A stretch of DNA of 64,000 nucleotides from Octopus sinensis (Eukaryota): NCBI RefSeq assembly GCF_006345805.1, contig NC_043014.1, forward strand, positions 17,546,001 through 17,610,000, read 5' to 3'. This document shows, piece after piece, positions 49,956-63,630 of this stretch. Position numbers and translations under genes: made by a program. How positions within the stretch are numbered: the stretch's first letter is position 1; every line of letters begins with the position of its first letter. Below the pieces are notes generated by a model. The model did not search any database. It was not told the origin of the DNA and worked only from the letters and a program-made list of their open reading frames with translations.

Positions 49956-50823
49956 ATTTCTTTGAATATATATTCAACCAACATACTTTCTACCTTACAC
50001 ACACACACACACACACACACATACCTACTTACAAAGGGAGCAAGACTTTTTTACTCCTTCTTTTAGACCCCCTCATACTTTCTTCTTTCTTCTTATTTCC
50101 TCCTTTCTTTCCTCCTTTCTTTTCCTCGCCCCCTCTCTCACATTTCTTGGCCCCTCTTTCTTTAATCTTCGTATTTTTCATCGTTTATCTCCCTTGTACC
50201 TTCTTTATGTCCCTTTGATATTTCCTCTCTTTCTCGTCCTCCCCCTAATTCTTCAATCCCTCTGCCCCTACCTCTTTCCTGTCCTTCCACGTGACCGTTG
50301 TTCGGCCAAGCATGATCTTTCTCTCATGGCTTAACTGCCAGACACTTATTCTCGTCTCCTGACTTTCATCTCTGTTATTCATCTATGTTCCTGCCTCAAG
50401 GTTTTCACTCCATACGCCAGCACAACTTGATTCGTCTCTATTAGTCGAAAGACACCTGTTGTTATTCTCTTGTTTGTATTTATAAATGAGAAACATTTTC
50501 TCCGTTTTATTTTTCGTTTTGTTGTCGTAAACATTCGCTTGCTTTCTTCCAAAATATTTAATGCTCGTAGCTTAGATTTTTGGGGCCAGCTACATTTGAA
50601 CAGGCCCATGTGTAACCGGCCGAATCTGTAAGGATGATCTGGAAACTTGATAGAACAGAGAAGGCCACGAATGGCAAGTCTTTGTTTTGTCCTGTCCCTC
50701 TTTTTGTTGTTTTTCATGCCCGTCTTCGTTTCCTTTATCTGTCCGGATGTTTTCTTGTTGTCTGTTGCGTTCTTGTTCCATACATACATACGCACACACA
50801 CACACACACACACACACGCGCGC

Positions 50824-50876
<53 letters not shown>

Positions 50877-50970
50877 ATCCAAACATGAACAAAGAGAAAA
50901 CACAACAACGCGTGGACGTGGAACAAGTATAGTGTTATTGGACGCTCAGGAAAGGAAAGAAAGGAGGAAG

Positions 50971-51007
50971 ATTTAACGTTTCGAGCGGAGCTCTTCGTCA
51001 GAAACAT
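50971..51007 (-). ncRNA. Minimal hammerhead motif (Penelope-type)
   Basis: Minus strand: ATGTTT-CTGACGA-A-GAGC-TCC-GCTC-GAAA-CGTT-AAAT. Confidence 0.55.
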
Positions 51008-51071
51008 AAAAAAAGGAAAGATCCAAGGAAGGAAGACGGAGAAAGAAAATCGCCAACGATACACACGTGGT

Positions 51072-51142
<71 letters not shown>

Positions 51143-52531
51143 CATAGGGACCATTATAGTTGTGAGAGACGTACTACATAGCTACTTTCAAAGTTTTATG
51201 TAGTAGCCACAACTTTGTTGATATACACTTCAGTGTTAAATATAATACAAGGTTATGGAGGGTAAAATTCTGCGCATTTGTTACTTCTGCTTCATATCCT
51301 CAGTTGGGTCTCTCCCAATAATTCCACTACCGTCTTTATACTGTCTACCCATCGTTCCTTCTAATATTTTCCCCTGTACAACTTTGAATTTATACACGTC
51401 TTCCTTGTATCTTTAATTTGTTTTAGTCATTTGACGGGGGCCATACTGAAACACCACCTTGTAGGGTTTAGTCGAACACATTGACGCCGGTAAAAAGTTT
51501 TGTTGAAGTTTGGTATTTATTTTATGAGTTTCTGTTATCTCTATTACGAAACCGCTAAATTAAATGGGCGTAAACAAACCAACATCGGTTGACAAGCGAT
51601 GGTGGTAAATCAGAACAAGCACGAAGGACATGCGCGCATATATATACTCATACATACACGTAATACGCTCATACGCGAACACATACGTGTATGTAATTAT
51701 GTGTGTGTGCGTACGACTGTGTGTGAGTGTGTGTGCGTGCGTCTGTGTGCGTGTGTGTATGTGTGTGCAAGCATGCAACGGAATTCCACACAATTGCCAT
51801 CTATCAAATTCACTCACAAGAAATTATTGGACTAAGGGCTATGACAAAAGAGACTTGTCCAAGGTACCACACAATGGGGCTGAACACGAAACCACGAAGT
51901 CGAAAAAGCTATGCTTAGAACAATTAGTTTTGAGAAACACAGCCTGTAGTGTTACCACTTCAATTTTTCACGGTGCAGATACATGTTACAGTTATTGCAA
52001 ATTATTAAAGAAATAAAATTCGAAAAAAAAATTCATACTTATCTCCCTTGAATCGAATTTTCTTTATTGGAGTACTTTCCCTTGAAACAAATTTTATTAG
52101 AGTTACTTCCCTTGAATTGAATAATTTATTAGTGGAGTTAACTTGACAAATATCTATGAGAACGAGTAACTTGTAAAACGAGCTCAGTCGTGGAACGAAT
52201 TAAACTCGTACTGCTAGATATCGAGATATCATTGTTGATATCTTACAGTACGAGTTTAATTCGCTTTTCAAATCAATTTTCCACATTGAAATTAATTGAA
52301 ATATAGTTAATCCATTCCAACTCATCAAAACCTCTCAAAAATCATTTTTTTTTTTCTGGTTTTAAAACTGATTTTTTGAATTTAATTACCTTAAAGATAG
52401 GACGATTTGTGCGCGAGTAAGACGAAGAGGATTATTGCTTGGAAGGAGAATCTCCTTCCATTAGGACTTCAGGAAGAACGGTTTCTGTCGTTTTCTCTCT
52501 CACTTCGCTTAATTTAGGCTTTTTGGATATA

Positions 52532-52703
52532 GGCGCAGGAGTGACTGTGTGGTAAGTAGCTTGCTTACGAACCATATGGTTCCGGGTTCAGTCCCACTGC
52601 GTGGCATCTTGGGCAAGTGTCTTCTACTATAGCCTCGGGTCGACTAAGCCTTGTGAGTGGATTTGGTAGACGGAAACTGAAAGAAGTCCGTCGTATATAT
52701 ATG

Positions 52704-52748
<45 letters not shown>

Positions 52749-52950
52749 TTGTGTGTCTGTGTTTATCCCCCCAACATCGCTTGACAACCGATGCTGTTGT
52801 GCTTACGCCCCCGTAACTTAGCGGTTCGACAAAAGAGACCGATAGAATAAGTACTAGGCTTACAAAGAATAAGTCCTAGGGTCGATTCGCTCGACTAAAG
52901 GCGGTGCTCCAGCATGGCCACAGTCAAATGACTGAAACAAGTAAAAGAGT
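52532..52950 (+). mobile_element. Full-length octopus-type tRNA-derived SINE
   Basis: GGCGCAGGAGTGACTGTGTGGTAAG head, GGGTTCAGTCCC B box, central domain, internal TA/TG microsatellite, GACTGAAACAAGTAAAAGAG tail. Confidence 0.82.
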
Positions 52951-54032
52951 ATACTTTCTTCACCTTTTACACTTGCAGGTCGTTTCATTAGAAACATCAA
53001 GAGAAGTCTGCTTTTTCCTGCCTTTCAAAATGTTACGAAAATGCGCCAGTGCAGTGTCATTAAATAAAGCAGTTGCACGACTTGTAGACACTTTTACAGG
53101 ATGATATTTTTCTACAAATTCAGAAACCTACTGCTATTTTGCTCACACTGTCTGAATGTCACTCGTAGAGATAGCCTACTCCCTTACACTGTCCTCCTCC
53201 GGTGTGAACCAATCTCTTCTACCGCATCCGAATGCTGCTGCTCCTGAAGCTGAATAAGTTCATCTGTCGTCAGCTCCACTGTGTATCAGGCTATGTTGAT
53301 GATTTTCAGGCAGTTAACAATGTTGTGGTGCTCCTTCCAAAACTCTTGAAAGGTTAGGCTTGTATTTTCGGTGACTTCAAAATACTTGCAGCTTCATTTA
53401 GAATACTGTATCAAAATGTTCCTGTGGTTTTTAAGGTTTTGTTTAAGATTGCATGCAGTGCGCTTTCGTTGGTAAATGCCCTGCGTTATGGTGTACCACA
53501 CGAAAGACGAGCCAAAGGAAACTGATCGTTTGGACCTCACAAAATGGCAGTCTCGAGAAGTAAAAAAAACTGCTCGTTTGGCAGATAAGTCATAAAAAAA
53601 CCATGTTTAGAACGTAAAAATGGCAGCTTAGTCGTGGGACGATTCTTCTTCGAAGGACAGTCTTTGAATTATGCTTCGTCCACTGATGGCTGAAGAGAAG
53701 TCGTGGTATGATTCGTGATGGCGGACATAGAAGAATGCAACATAGACTCTGCCGTGGTGTTGTAAAACCTTGCAATGAAGTGCTGAAGTGGTTCGTCTCC
53801 AATGAAGAACGTGGGAGATTAAATACTTTAAAATATAAAAGTGTTTTGGTTATTTCTGGAAAGTACTATGCAATACCAGGTACATTTAATTTAAATCAAG
53901 AGAAAATCCAGTCGTATTAAATTTTGTACAGTCTTTTGTCAGTTTATCACGTTTATTTTCTAAAGACTGACACACATGGCTACTCATTATATACACACAA
54001 ATGGTACAACCTCGTTGTATATATGTATATAT

Positions 54033-54105
<73 letters not shown>

Positions 54106-54133
54106 TTTATTTAAAAGCAGCAGAAAATTCAAC

Positions 54134-54180
54134 AAAACCTGTTACTCTGAGTTTCACGTTCCCGTTCGTCGGACAGTTTT
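54134..54180 (-). ncRNA. Hammerhead-like motif with CCGACGA core variant
   Basis: Minus strand: AAAACTGT-CCGACGA-AC-GGGAAC-GT-GAAA-CTC-A-GAG-TA-ACAGGTTTT. Confidence 0.45.
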
Positions 54181-54186
54181 GCTAGA

Positions 54187-54219
<33 letters not shown>

Positions 54220-54496
54220 ATACGGGCTGCTCTTTCCTTACTTTGGGTTGCAAGATAGGAGCGGTGTTGCGTGAAAGGTATAGAACTTTTATGAATTCAA
54301 ATTCGTCCAGGATACCGTCTTCGAAGTTAGGGAGGGTGAGCAGGAGTATTGTGGGAGATGAGGAGGGCCTTGAGAGGAAGATCGTTCATAAGAAGGTACT
54401 TTCTCACTGCTGGTCCGAAGATAAGTTTGATCCACTCGGTAAAGAATTACCTGGTGAACCAGGCTTTAACATTTGCCCCTTTTCAGGATCTCGTGC

Positions 54497-55525
54497 GACT
54501 TGAACGCTCGTAGATTTTCAGAATGACAGATAAAGTACGGTTTAATCTTCAAATCTCCATTCACATTGCCACAAAGGGTGAGAATTAGCCTATCCTTCAT
54601 AAGCTTGTGTTCTGTCATTTTCTTCTTCTCTATAGTTATGTAGGTTCTTCTGGGCATTTTCTTTTTCAAATAAAAGGCCAGTTTCTTCACAGTTGATTAC
54701 CTGTTGTGCGATGTACCCCTCGGTTGCGATGATCTGACGGAATTCACGCACGAAATCTTCCGCTGCCATCGTACCAAAACTTGCTGCTTCTCTATACCTA
54801 ATGACGCTATGAACACCAGTCCTCTTCTTGATATTATCAAACCAGTCGCGACTGGCCTTAAATGCGTCTGCTACTGTCTCCTCCGGTGATGTTCCAGGGT
54901 TCTGCTTCAGGAGATCCTCATACAGCGCACGTGCTTTCTCACAGATGATGGTCTCCGTAATCCTATCCCTTGACAGTCGCTTCCCGTTGATCCACTGGAG
55001 AAGCAATTTTTCCATCTCTTCGTATACGGAGGTGCGTTGCTTGGAGAACCTGGAGAAACCTTTCGTTGTTGTAACGGCCTTGACCTCGTCCTTTTTCTTC
55101 AGGATGGTGTAGATCGTTGACATGACATGCCAACAACATGCGCTCCTCTCCCATGCTTATCAATGATTTCTTTCTTCAATTCTATCGCAATCAGCTTTTC
55201 CTTCTTCTCAGTACTGTCCTTTGCACTCACCTTCATAAGACTCATGGCTAACACAACTAATTATTATAAAATAATAGCAAAAAATGCACAGAAATATAAA
55301 AACATTGGTAAAGCACAACAGGAATGCTGCCACGATATCAACACGTGAACTGAGTAAGCGGAATCTGCGCTTGTTCGGAGAGCGTGTGCGAGCTCAGCGC
55401 TGACCAGCGGGCGCTTGTATGAAACTCGCTTGTACTGCAGATTTCCACTCGTACTTCAAGACAAAAATTCGCACGAGCCTTGTTACGCACAACAAATTAC
55501 TCATTCAATGGTGCACTCGTACTGT
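54497..55525 (-). mobile_element. Tigger/pogo-like DNA transposon fragment
   Basis: CENP-B-type HTH remnants (STIYTILKKK, EKLLLQWI, FKASRDWF) and DDE_1-like KDRLILTLCGNVNGD. Bounds approximate. Confidence 0.75.
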
Positions 55526-55723
55526 GTGGTTCTAATGTACATGTATCTTTTTATAATATATAACAGGCATCAGCAATCTTTTTTGAGAAGATGAAATGAC
55601 TCACATTAGACAAGACTAACCAACAGGTGGGCCGCACTACTAAAAAACTACAGTTTTACGTTAGGAGTACCATTCATGAAGTGTCGCGGACTTTGTCCAT
55701 CACTGGTTTAGAATACTTTGGAA

Positions 55724-55761
<38 letters not shown>

Positions 55762-56060
55762 TGCATATGTGCGTGCGTTTGTGTGTTTGTGTACGTATGT
55801 ATGTTATGTATATGTGTGTGTAAGGGGGCGGGTGTGATTGTGCATGCAAGTGTTTGCACGTGTAGCTGTTCCGACACATTGATTTGCTCACATATATAAA
55901 CTTTTACTTACAGAATCATTCATGGATATTCATATTCGGTAAACAAATACCTCATGATTCCAACACAAATTATTGAGAGAGGAAGTTCGTAATTACATTG
56001 TAAATAAGTGACAGGCCAGTTGAAAGACTTCCTTGAAATGAAAAGTTCAAAGACTCAATG

Positions 56061-56095
<35 letters not shown>

Positions 56096-56104
56096 TATAT
56101 ATAT

Positions 56105-56140
<36 letters not shown>

Positions 56141-56724
56141 GTGTGTGTGTGTGTGTGTGTGTGGTGTGTGTTGTGTGTGCGTGTGTGTGTGTGTATACAG
56201 AGAGAGAGAGAAAGAGAGAGAGAGAGACCCCATAAGTAACCGTTTTATGTTTATTCTAACTTGTAAAGGTTTGTTGGATGAGAATAGCATTAAAAAGCTT
56301 CCACAGTCAAGCCAGTCACCAGATTTGAACCTTATTGAACACCTCTGGGACATAATGGAGAAGACACTTCATAAAAAGAACAAAGAAAGGACCTTCGAAG
56401 CCTGATCTTTTGAGATTACTGCATGAATGTTAGCAAGAAATTTCGCAAGAGAATATTCATCATCTAATCAAGTAACATGCCCAATAGGCTCCTTGCATTG
56501 AAAAATGCAAAGAGCATGTCTACCAGATATTAGGTATTTACATTATAGCAATTAATAAATAATTTGAATCCATAATTTCAGATTTAAATAAATTTTAATG
56601 ATTAATGGTGTCTATTTACTTCTGTCATGTCTGTACACGCGCGCGCGCGCATACACACACACATACACATGTATTTATACATATATAAACACGCACACAA
56701 ATATATGTTTATATCTTTATCTTT

Positions 56725-56945
56725 TAAAAAAATCTTTTACTTGTTTCAGTCATTTGACTGCAGCCATGCTGGGGCACTGCCTTGAAAGGTTTTAGTTGAG
56801 CAAATCGACCCCAGGACTTACGTTCATTTCTTTTTTCAAGCCTGGCAATTATTCTATCGGCCTCTTCCGTAGACCGAACCGCTAAGTTAAGGGGGCGTGA
56901 ACACACCAACACCGGTTGTCAAGTGGGCAATGGGAGACAAATACA
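56725..56945 (-). mobile_element. 3' half of the octopus-type SINE
   Basis: TCTTTTACTTGTTTCAGTCATTTGACTGCAGCCATGCTGG... Confidence 0.72.
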
Positions 56946-57008
56946 GATATAAAGACACACACACACACACGCACGCACACACACACACATACATACATAC
57001 ACACACAC

Positions 57009-57042
<34 letters not shown>

Positions 57043-57057
57043 CACACACACACACAC

Positions 57058-57137
<80 letters not shown>

Positions 57138-57603
57138 CACGACGGACTTCTTTCAGTTTATAAATGTGCGTATTCTGCTTCAGATGAAAAAACAGTGACG
57201 ATTGAAAAGTCTATAAATAATAATAATTATTATCAGCTTTAACGGTTCACCGGGCATTGGCTACAGAATATAGTCTAATATTGGGGTATATAAGCCCTCG
57301 ATAGAAAAATGTAGGTATTGGTACGCGTGGGAATCGAATCTACACTTCTTATATTCTTGGTTAGTGTGCTGACTTATCTACTGGCTTCTTCCAGTTAGAT
57401 TTCGTAACTCGTATCATTTCATAGTGTTCTGTAAATAAAGAACAAACACGATATCTTCGGTGTTAACTTCACAAAGTCTGCATCGGTTATCACATTTTAC
57501 TGCTTTTTCTGCGTCGTTGTCCCTTATGTTTATCGGGTATTTAGTTGATATTTCCTGTTCCTAGATGCAAACTCATACCCTTCAAAGTGGAAGGGTATGA
57601 GTT

Positions 57604-57711
57604 GTTGGTCCATGGTAGACTGCTTTGATTATCAATGTTACTATCAACCTGGAGCTTGTTGGTCCATGGTAGACTGCTTTGATTATCAATGTTACTATCA
57701 ACCTGGAGCTT
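57604..57711. repeat. 54-bp perfect tandem duplication
   Basis: 57604-57657 = 57658-57711. Confidence 0.9.
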
Positions 57712-57759
57712 TCTTCTAATATATCCATGCATGCTCTTCTGTTCATGTATGCATCTGAT

Positions 57760-59220
57760 GATATGTTGCGATAGAGTCGTGCGAATTCTTTGAGCATTTA
57801 TTTAAGGTTATCAGACAAGGAATGCTGCTCGAGAAGCTGCTTTCCAAGTCTCATCAGTCTCATGTATGCAAACGTAGTCAAGGGATGCACTTCGATACTT
57901 GGTTAAAACATGTTTCCGAAAGGATATGATACGACATTCAAAGGCAGTCTGGGTCGATATTAGACTTCTTCCCTCTTAGGTAGAGGCGATCTACGTCACT
58001 GCTGATATGGAAATTACGTGTGCTGGTTAGTATCTCCCGGGTTTTCATATCGAGTGTCCATTCAAGTAGCCAAATGTTGGTATGAGTACTGGCACTGCAA
58101 ACACATTGTGAGCCACTGTTTATCGAACGCAGAGAGTTCTGAGGTCCATATTCTCTTTATTTGGCTGTAATTTTCTTTAGTGACACGTGTTTTGTTACAA
58201 GTGCCATCGTAAGATATGTTTTCACCCACCACTAGATACCTGTAACATTCCTTATAAAATATAGGGGAAACAGTCAAGTCATTGATGGTGATGTTGCTAA
58301 TCTGGTTTACAATTTTCCCTCTTTTCACCACTATATAGCAACATTCATCTCGACCAAACTCCTACCTTTTATCCTTTGATAATATTATTACCTGGTCAAG
58401 GCTCTTCATTTCATGTATGTTCTTGACTCATAGTTTCGCGTCATCCACAAAGAAATATTGTGTAAATTTGGTATTTCTGTTTTCTTGTGAACCAGTGTGA
58501 AATCCTTCAAACTTCCTTAACATGGAGGACAAGGTGTCTACATAAAGTATAAACAACATCACAGAGAGGCTGTCACCTTGGAATATACCTCTGTGATACT
58601 GTATTATATCAGTTTTAAAGCAATCACTCGTTGTATTTAACTTCAAAATGGTGGCACACAATGAAGTCAGGTCAGCTATGGCTTTGACTATGTTCACTGG
58701 AACTTTAGCAAGTCGAAGGGCTCTTAGCATCCATGAGTTGGGGACAGAGTAAAAGGCTTTCTTGTAGTTCAGTCACATTGAGATTAGGTTCCTTCTATGC
58801 TACCTCACCTCTGACATAACAGTTTTGTTTATTAACGTTAGCCGGTTCTTCTTATTAGCTGCTGTGATAATGATATTACTTTCACAATGGTCTTAGAGGA
58901 AGAGATTTGAACATACTGTATATATTTTATACATTAAGTTCTGGCATGAAGTTAGCCAGTTTTTTTTGCTAGAGCTAACAAATCTGATATGTTATTATTC
59001 CCATTGAGAACTTGCTGGTACAGGTTGATAAAATATGGTCGGTAGAAGGTTAGCTTCTTGTATCAGTACCTAACAATCAAGTCTCTTCCAAGTGCTTTTC
59101 CATCCTGAAGTTTCTGGATCACAGTCACATTGGTATCACCATAAATGCTGCGTGTCTTGGGTGTTATACAAGGACAATAACTTCTTCGAATTTCTTCCTG
59201 CCATATTGCGCCGTATTGAC
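57760..59220 (-). mobile_element. Degenerate R4/Dong-like (RLE-type) non-LTR remnant
   Basis: RGIFQGDSLSVMLF, FFVDDAKL, RIWTSELSAFDK; homologous to the plus-strand copy at 59590-61950. Bounds approximate. Confidence 0.68.
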
Positions 59221-59589
59221 TGTGCGGTAATAGATAGGAGTAAAATACTGATCTAAAAGATAATACTGAGCCAAAATGGATTACCTCCTTTCAATAAAAA
59301 TCAACTAACTTAGGCAAATGATAGGACTTTTGGATATTCTTATCAAATGCAAAGCTAGAAATGAGTTCACAGATCACCAGCTACGAATGCACGATAGATT
59401 CTTCAAATTGTATGGGAACTGCCTCCGAGAAACACTCACATGCAAACCGATGAACCTCAAACACGACATACGTGTGGTAAATGAAAATGATAAAGCAGAA
59501 GATTGGGCGAAACCCACAAGCTGTTTATCGCAATATGAAAGGCGATGCCATTAAAGTAGTAACGGCTCCTCCCCAGGAAGACATACAAT

Positions 59590-61950
59590 CATCCTGGCGG
59601 GGAATATGAAAATTAAACAGAGAACACAACCGTGTTGCAGCATGGTTAAACGAACTACGAAGTGAGTATTGTTTAAATGCCTCTTCTAAAATGCATAGCA
59701 TCACCAGTGAAACACTCCTAACGGTTTTCCGAATGGAAAATCACGTGGGAGAGACCTCATAGTAAACTACTGGTACAACAAGCTCACATTCTACTAGAAT
59801 ATTCTGAGGAACCTGTTTCGAAAACAATGGACGCTGAGCTAGATATACCGTATTGGCTGACGGTTGCACAAACTACTCTTATCCCCAAGAACAAAGAGAC
59901 CCATGTGGCCAAAAACTATAGACCCATAGTATACTTGAATGTTACGTACAAACTGTACACAGGTTGTCTCAATTTGTTTCTCCAAGACCATTTCCAAACA
60001 AATGGTATGATAAATGATGAACAGTCCGGAGGAAAGAAAGGAGTCTGGAGCTGTGCTGAACAGCTCCTCCTCAACAAAGCTGTCCTTCAAGAAGCCAGAC
60101 ACTATCTCTGTGATCTTTTAACGATATAGCTAGACTACAAGAATGCATTCGATTCCGCGTGTCACTCGTGGGTGATAGAATCACTACATATTGCCAAAGT
60201 ACCAGCTGCTATAGTGAATGCCATTGAAAGACAACCACAGCATATTCCACACAGTTATCACTGGCAACTACTAAAGTAACGCCAATTATAACAAACAGAA
60301 TTAAGCTATCAACACGCATATTCCAGATTGGTAGTTTATCTGTAATGTTGCTTGTACTGGCAGTGAATCCTTTGTCAGCTCTGTTAACAAAATGTCAAGG
60401 CTACATGCTGGGATATGCGAAACAGAATAAAATTAACGTCACCCACATATTTTTGTTGTTGACCTAAAGTTATATTCTGGTAATAGGATCAACACCAAGA
60501 GACAATTAGAACTACTCACATTCTCACGCGACATAGGAATGGAGTTTGGGCAAGATAAATTCTCATACTCATCATAATCAACCGAGGAAAGATTGTCGAT
60601 CAGGCAGAGAATATATACATCAAAGACTTGTCTCTCTCTCCCCTATCTCTAATAATGAAAATTACTAATACATTGGAATGGCTGAAAATGCTGCATATGT
60701 TGCTACTGTGAATATAGCCAGAATAACAAAAGAGTTCCTCTGCAAATTCCGGAAAATATGGAACTCAGAACTGTTCGCATTTAACAAGACCTTAGCTTAC
60801 AATGCTTTAGCAGTGCCAGTGCTAGTACCAATATTTGAGGTATTTGACTGGACACTCGACGAGTTGCGCAGCCTGACATCAAAATCAGAAATGTATTGGC
60901 CACTAACAAGCGACTTACACATTAACAGCAACACCGATAAGATTTATGTGAAACGATGCAATGGCGGTAGAGGCATCTGGTCAGCCCAAACAGCCTTTGA
61001 ATGTCACATTGTGTCACTCAGACAATACTTGCTGAACAGTAAAGAAAGAAACGAGTACATACCATGCATATTCAAAAGTGAGATATAGCATCTTCAGAGT
61101 TGCAGAAGAACTATTGTTCAGATTGTCTGGGGATACAACTGCCTCATACAACCCAAAGGAGGCTGGGCTGGCCTACCTAAACAGAGGTTTGGATAGCAAG
61201 CATCTTGACAGCAAAAAGCAATGCGTGAGTACATATATGAGTAGCCACTCTTGGATCTGCGATAGGTATATTACACTCCACCTAGAACAGGGGAAAACTA
61301 CTAAATACCTGATAAATAAGAGGAACTAAGATGTTACCAAACCTCTACATTTTGGCAAAAAATGTCGGCTCTGTTATACTAGCGTGGACGATATCACCTA
61401 TATCATCATCAGCTGTCTCAAAATGTCTACGAGATACTACCTGTATCCTGAAGCCTGATATAGCTGCTTGCAAAAGTTATTTAGAATGCTATCCGCTGGA
61501 TAGACTACCCGGATGTATACATCATAAGCATGTTATAACCAGCAGGTATTCACACCTTTAAAAGCAAGTAATACTGGTTGAATATTCCAATAAAAACAGC
61601 AATTCGGTGCAGTCGTAACAGACCTGATATTGTTCTTTGGAACAAGAAACAAACGTTACGTACTGTTGCAGAGGTTAGGTGCCTAACTGATGTGAATTTA
61701 CAATCAAAAGTGCTGGGAAAAGAGAACATTTATGGTGAATTAATGCGGAACTTACGGCTCTTGAAGCCTGACTATAAATTCTCATTCATACCTATTATCA
61801 TAGGCGCATTAAATTATGTACCAACAAATTTTCACAACCCCGCTCCCCGCCACCCAAAAAAACCAGAAATGCTCGGTTTCACGAAGAAAAGCAAAAGAAA
61901 CTGACAAGGATCCTCCAAATCTAATCTGTTTGTAAGACATTCCAAAAAAT
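59590..61950 (+). mobile_element. Degenerate R4/Dong-like (RLE-type) non-LTR remnant
   Basis: NYRPIVYLNVTYKL, DYKNAFDS, IWNSELFAFNK, a CRLC...C knuckle and RPDIV (RLE). Many stops and frameshifts; bounds approximate. Confidence 0.72.
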
Positions 61951-63514
61951 TATCTGAGATTCTTATGTGAATAGACACATACACATGGGTGTGTGCATCG
62001 ACAGTTCAACCAACACACCAACTCAACCAAATATTTACAATCTGACTTGTCATTACTCTGATGTTTGCTGCTCTTTGTAGCGTTACTTAGAACTTAGAAC
62101 TTGTTCTGTTAATACCTGTTCTTTTAAGCCAGTTTTCTATCGGTATGAGGTTATCAACTCCGTTCTTTCTGCTCTGATATCTTGTGTTTCTTCAAGTGGT
62201 CTTGTATATCGGCTTGAGATTCCAACCTCCCACGTTTCTACTCTGCTGTTCCAAGCCGATTAGCTCAAGTGGGCTTGCGTGGTTGCCTCAAACTGAAGTT
62301 TTACTTCTCGTTGCTCTTGTATCTCCACAGCATTTCGCTATCTCTGAGATTGGAGACTGTCCTATCTTTGTTCTTGTGTTTTCCTAACCATTCGACTTCT
62401 GGAGCGTTAGGCTTCTGATTATTGAAAAGTATTAAATTGTTTTCTACTTTTCATGTTTAAAAAGTCATATTAAAAACAAATCAAGAATATATCCCGTAAC
62501 ATTTAATTTTTGTTGTTGTTTTTAGATTCATTCACGTGACTTTACTTCATCCAGCTACCAAGCTTCATAGAAATTGGAGTCCAGTATAACAATTATACAT
62601 TTTATATGTCTCACCCTTCACTTCACAACACAAAAATATAATTGCTTCGAATCATAGCACAATTACGATACAGTAGAAGGCTATGTGTGTGTGCGTGTGC
62701 ATAAACATTTAGGCCACACCTAAATATGCATTCATCTCTCTCTATATATGTACATACAGGTATACATATATGTGTATATACACTCAACATACGCATACAT
62801 GTTTATACATACCTATGCAGGTGCATCCATATACATATGTGTATGTGTGTGTGAGTGTGTAAATGTGCGCGTGTTTACATTTCTTAGATCGATGAAATCT
62901 GTAAAACATGTTCTTGGAAGAGGAAAAGAATAATATTTTGCAAACAAATGAATATATTTAATATCGTATATATATAAAATAAAAGATCGTATAGAGAGCG
63001 CATCAGATTTCTGATGCGCATTCTATACAATCTTTTTACTCTTTCGTTTTTCTTTCTTTCTCTCTAATATTCTTTTACGTCCTCTTCTCCCACTATTCTA
63101 TCCTACTACTCTGTCACTCTCTCTCCCTCCCTCCTCCTCCTTTGCTCACGCGGCTCCCGCGTGACCATCGGCAATCTTCCTTTCTTTTCCTAACTTGTGT
63201 TACGCGTTCGCCACCGCAACCTCATTTAGGCTTAGCAAGCCCTTCCTGTTTGTCGTCACTGTCCTGTTTTGATAAACCGCAAAAACCCCAATTTTTATTT
63301 AATTTGCTTTGCGAGAGCAACTGTTTTATCGAAAGCGTATATTGTTGTTAAATGCTCGAAATACGAGAGTAGAGAAACAGCCAACAACTTATGAAGGGTC
63401 GTTCTTTATGTTGTTTGTCTTGTTTTCTATTTGTGTCTTTCGTTGTTTGAAAAATAGTTCATGTTCCATGTACTCGTACTTCGTATTTTTTTTGGTGTAC
63501 ACGTTTCATGACGC

Positions 63515-63630
63515 AAAAGATCTCGATAGAATAAGTACTAGGCTTACAAAGAATAAGTTCTGGGGTCGATTTGTTCGACTAAAGGCGGTGCTCTAGCATG
63601 GCCGCAGTCAAATGACTAAAACAAATAAAA
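63515..63630 (+). mobile_element. 3' end of the octopus-type SINE
   Basis: GATAGAATAAGTACTAGGCTTACAAAG...GCAGTCAAATGACTAAAACAA. Confidence 0.7.

Noticed and set aside
53150-53800. Possible additional DNA transposase fragment
   Set aside because: Too degenerate to assign motifs or ends.
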